From NCBI GenBank assembly GCA_036845345.1, contig DAIUEC010000002.1, positions 746 through 64,745 of the forward strand: a stretch of 64,000 nt of DNA, read 5' to 3'. Position numbers and translations under genes: made by a program. This document shows, piece by piece, positions 61,004-64,000 of this stretch. The notes under the pieces are model-generated. The model worked only from the letters and a program-made list of their open reading frames with translations, was not told where the DNA came from and ran no database searches. Numbering within the stretch: the stretch's first letter is position 1; each line of letters starts with the position of its first letter. This DNA is from Sediminibacterium sp. (lineage in GTDB: Bacteria; Bacteroidota; Bacteroidia; Chitinophagales; Chitinophagaceae).

Positions 61004-61885
61004 TTAGTATAAGATTGAAATTGTAATTGAAATAAATAAAAGGCTAACTCCAATGAGTTCATTTCTCTTTAATCTTTCATTGTAAATGAAATAGCCAAGC
61101 AGTATAGATGCAATTTGCCCAGTATTGGATAGTATTGTGAATGAAAAGATGGTTGTATCTTTTAGCCCTAAGTTCACAAATAAAGTACCCAAAACGACTA
61201 GTAAAGCAAGTATAAAATAATGCTTAATTTGTTTACTGCGCAACTGATTAATTGCAAGCAATTGCTTTCTGGATTTTATTATTACAAGGAAAAATAGAGT
61301 AATACTACTTTCTAATACAAACGAAAATGGAAGGATACCTATTTGTTTAATAGGAATTTTAAACAACGCATAAGATATTCCCCAAAAGAACGACGCGAGT
61401 AAACTCATGATAATTGGGCCTTTGTTATTTGAACTAGCATCATTGTTTTTGGCTGAATAAAATAGCATTAATGAGCCTGCAATCACTAGTATAAATTCCA
61501 ATCCATATATCCACTTCCATTGCTCATGAAGGATAAATAAAGCAGTAAGAATTGAAAAAATATTAATCGAAGATAATGGCACTACTAAGCTGACTTTGCC
61601 ATTTTCCATTGATTTTACAAAAAAATAAAGCCCTAAACCACTAAAGCAACATAAAATTATTGTAGGCCCAAAATTGTAGCCTGTTAAAATTGAATCATGT
61701 TGTAATAAAATCGGGAATAAGTTATACTTAGCAATGATATATAAAAAAAAGCCAAATAAGAGGCTAGTAATTACTCCTCTATAGAAAATTACGATATAAA
61801 ATGGCACTTTATCGATTACTTTTTTCCAGTAAGCATTACTTAAAGCGAAGCATATCGAACTTATTAATATAAAAATATTACCCAT
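61004..61885 (-). CDS. DMT/EamA-like transporter (10 TM)
   Basis: It has two ~5-TM halves and is strongly hydrophobic. The family call rests on topology only. Confidence 0.55.
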   Translation of the reverse strand: MGNIFILISSICFALSNAYWKKVIDKVPFYIVIFYRGVITSLLFGFFLYIIAKYNLFPILLQHDSILTGYNFGPTIILCCFSGLGLYFFVKSMENGKVSLVVPLSSINIFSILTALFILHEQWKWIYGLEFILVIAGSLMLFYSAKNNDASSNNKGPIIMSLLASFFWGISYALFKIPIKQIGILPFSFVLESSITLFFLVIIKSRKQLLAINQLRSKQIKHYFILALLVVLGTLFVNLGLKDTTIFSFTILSNTGQIASILLGYFIYNERLKRNELIGVSLLFISITISILY

Positions 61886-61886
61886 A

Positions 61887-63140
61887 TTATAGATAGATAT
61901 TTTTCAAGTAATTATACTTTCCATAAAACCATTCAGTTTCCCATTTATCAAGTCTATTTGGGTCAACTTTTTGTAATATCCCTCTTACTTTTTCGATATT
62001 ATCTTTCTTGTGAAAATGGTAAGCTAAGGTTAAATAAAATTTAGAAAGTAATTTTTTGTTAAAGGCGTTTAAAGTAGTGGGCATTGATTTTAAGTCAATC
62101 AATTCTATTAGATCGTTCACATAAAATTCGTTTAAATATATAGATGTTAATCTGTTGAAAAATATAATAAAGCAAGCCTTTTCAAAACTTGAATTTAATT
62201 TCTTAAAGTAAGTAGCTGAGGTTTTACTATTGCTATTTAAAATAATATCCCATGCAGCAACACGGCCGAGTAAAATAGGGTGGACATAGTATTTGTTTTT
62301 CTTAATTTCTTGTTTACATACTTCAAATTTTACTTTTGCAGATGCTGCATTTTTATTGTCATAGTCTTTTTGACAAAGTAAAATGTTTTTAAAAATAAGC
62401 ATGTCTGGTACTAAGTTAACTGGAGATAATTCAAGCCACTCTCCCCAAAAGTTATTGAGATTCCCTTCTCTAACGTATATCTGCAATAGTATCCTTTGTA
62501 AAATTTCAGATTTTGGAATAGTAGTTTTGATAAAATCATCTATTTCATTATTGCCATTGCTTGCTTCAAAATATAAGTCTTGAAAGCATAATGAAAACTT
62601 TTCTAAAAATTCATCATTGTCAGAATTGAATTGTATTAATGTAATCTTTTTTAAAAGTTCGAAGTCTGAAAATCTAATACAATAGTCAATTATATTTTTT
62701 ATCTGATAAGTTTCCTCCCAATTTGGACTTTTGATTTTGTTGATATATTCTAGTACCTCATTGTGATCAATCATTTTGCGTTCATAACCAGACAGAATGA
62801 GTTCGTTGAATAAATCTGAATCAAACTTGTTTATATAATCGACAAATGCTTGAAAATTATTAAAAGATAAAGCTCTTGAAATTTCATTCAATGTAAAATA
62901 AGATGGATTTCCTTTAGCATCAACAATTCCAAACAATCTTCTGAGTGTGTTGTAGTTGATATTGACATTATATTGTTCTCTCAGTTTATTACTAAGTTGA
63001 ATACAGGCATAGCTATCTTCAATTATAATATTAAACTTTTCTTCAACTAATTTTTTTAGCCACTGTTTCTCTGTGTCTGAAATATAAATTGATGCAGGCA
63101 TTTTGGGGGATAATTCTATTATGAAAGTAGTTATTTTCAA
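61887..63140 (-). CDS. hypothetical protein, predicted all-alpha (alternative start at 63101)
   Basis: This is an intact 417-aa ORF rich in N, K, I, F and Y. Its stop is 1 nt from the transporter ATG. I recognise no family. Confidence 0.6.
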   Translation of the reverse strand: MKITTFIIELSPKMPASIYISDTEKQWLKKLVEEKFNIIIEDSYACIQLSNKLREQYNVNINYNTLRRLFGIVDAKGNPSYFTLNEISRALSFNNFQAFVDYINKFDSDLFNELILSGYERKMIDHNEVLEYINKIKSPNWEETYQIKNIIDYCIRFSDFELLKKITLIQFNSDNDEFLEKFSLCFQDLYFEASNGNNEIDDFIKTTIPKSEILQRILLQIYVREGNLNNFWGEWLELSPVNLVPDMLIFKNILLCQKDYDNKNAASAKVKFEVCKQEIKKNKYYVHPILLGRVAAWDIILNSNSKTSATYFKKLNSSFEKACFIIFFNRLTSIYLNEFYVNDLIELIDLKSMPTTLNAFNKKLLSKFYLTLAYHFHKKDNIEKVRGILQKVDPNRLDKWETEWFYGKYNYLKNIYL

Positions 63141-63173
63141 AGTGTTTTATAAATGTTAATTAGACTATTTTCA

Positions 63174-63195
63174 ATTTGTACTTATTTGTACAAAT
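63174..63195. promoter_or_regulatory. inverted repeat ATTTGTAC-N6-GTACAAAT (candidate operator)
   Basis: It forms perfect 8-bp arms in the divergent intergenic region. Confidence 0.3.
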
Positions 63196-63260
63196 AAACT
63201 CCCTGAATGAGTTTTACATTTATATGACAAATATGTGCTTTCGGGGGAGAGTGCATATTT

Positions 63261-63292
63261 TAAAGCCACTTTATTTGTTTAAAGTGGCTTTA
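63261..63292. other. orphan 13-bp perfect hairpin (TAAAGCCACTTTA/TAAAGTGGCTTTA)
   Basis: It looks like a terminator, but no CDS ends next to it. A second hairpin precedes it (AAATATG...CATATTT, about 63229-63260). Confidence 0.5.
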
Positions 63293-63377
63293 TTAGTATT
63301 GTAGATCATTCCTCACCATTCATCCTTATTTCTGCCAATTTCCCACCACAAAACAGCTAGTATTTTGGCTTTAGGTG

Positions 63378-63385
63378 TACCTTTG
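63378..63385 (+). promoter_or_regulatory. -7 promoter box (TACCTTTG) upstream of the receptor gene
   Basis: It matches TAnnTTTG and lies 17 nt upstream of the ATG at 63403. Confidence 0.55.
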
Positions 63386-63402
63386 CGCACCTAAGAAAGT
63401 AT

Positions 63403-64000
63403 ATGAGGAAAAGCAAGCATTTATTATTGATATTAGTTTCTATTTTTTGGATGGGCAATACATTTGCTCAATCTAATTTTGCGTCCATTAAAGTAGCGGA
63501 TAAAACGGGGAAGCCTTTTGGTTTAGCGGTTGTGATGTATTATGAAAAGGGAAAGTTTAAAGAGAATTTTAATACTCAAAAAGCAATCAAGGCCAATGCA
63601 GATTCTTTTGGAATAGTGCATGTTAAAGCTGACGCTGCTAAAAGTTATTTTTTTCGCAGCAGTTGGGTAGGATATCAAATTACAGATACCGTTTTGAATT
63701 TTTCCAAAACACTTGAACATTCAATTATTTTAAAAGAGAATAATTCAATGTTAAATGAAGTGGTAGTAAAATCTTCAAAGCCTTTAATTCGTCAGGAAGA
63801 TGATAAGTCGGTGGTGGATCCTGAACCTTTGGCAGCGAGTAGTACCAATGCTTATGAGACGGTCGAAAAAACACCTGGCGTTTTTATTGATCAGGATGGC
63901 AATGTATATTTAAATGGTTTGTCACCAGCGGCTGTACAAATCAATGGCCGGGATTTAAAAATGAGTACTGCTGATATAGCGATTTTATTGAAAAGTTTAC
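63403..64000 (+). CDS. outer-membrane beta-barrel / TonB-dependent-receptor-like protein, N-terminal part (runs off the window; absent from the ORF track)
   Basis: My own translation is MRKSKHLLLILVSIFWMGNTFAQ (signal peptide), then a carboxypeptidase-regulatory-like domain, then a plug-like segment (NEVVVKSSKPLIRQEDDKSVVDPEPLAASSTNAYETVEKTPGVFIDQDGNVYLNG). The frame stays open to position 64000. Confidence 0.75.
   Translation, partial: MRKSKHLLLILVSIFWMGNTFAQSNFASIKVADKTGKPFGLAVVMYYEKGKFKENFNTQKAIKANADSFGIVHVKADAAKSYFFRSSWVGYQITDTVLNFSKTLEHSIILKENNSMLNEVVVKSSKPLIRQEDDKSVVDPEPLAASSTNAYETVEKTPGVFIDQDGNVYLNGLSPAAVQINGRDLKMSTADIAILLKSL

Noticed and set aside
63523-63720. A minus-strand 65-aa ORF from the ORF track.
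   Set aside because: It lies inside the open plus-strand frame of the receptor-like gene, which has a signal peptide and plug-like motifs.

Overview
The window looks like a conserved chromosomal core segment of an AT-rich member of the Bacteroidota. Four observations support that assignment: (1) recurrent TAnnTTTG '-7' promoter boxes; (2) A-rich start-codon contexts with no Shine-Dalgarno motif; (3) a long ~600-aa YidC; (4) bamD-rpoZ synteny. About one quarter of the window (14.3-30.1 kb) is the str/S10/spc ribosomal-protein supercluster: rpsL-rpsG, fusA, rpsJ through rplO, secY and map. Housekeeping genes flank it: purL (3' part), hldD-like, proC, pyrG, yidC, aroE, rdgB, ilvE, rpsA, bamD, rpoZ, grpE-dnaJ, hpt, trpS, recG, pepP, pssA, purS, rsmI, rsmG, tgt, an lptF/G-like gene and gltA. 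I found no rRNA, tRNA, CRISPR array, transposase, integrase, or recognisable defence or toxin system, so I cannot support a claim of a multi-gene novel system here. The points worth a second look are mostly non-coding: (a) a 248-nt GC-enriched, helix-rich spacer between rpsJ and rplC; (b) a 33-nt GC-rich core present twice, nested in AT-rich hairpins bracketing proC; (c) four tandem long hairpins between the M1 peptidase gene and rsmG; (d) three genes whose ATG lies exactly 4 nt after a TAnnTTTG box in a shared TTTG-YR-CC-ATG context, which suggests leaderless mRNAs; (e) recG has no in-frame ATG, but an out-of-frame ATG is linked to it through an A8 run; (f) the spc cluster ends at map, with no infA-rpoA block following; (g) an AT-richer two-gene operon at the right end (unknown 417-aa protein plus DMT transporter) is divergent from an outer-membrane receptor gene. 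CDS coordinates include the stop codon. Every homology call comes from reading motifs in the translations, not from database searches.
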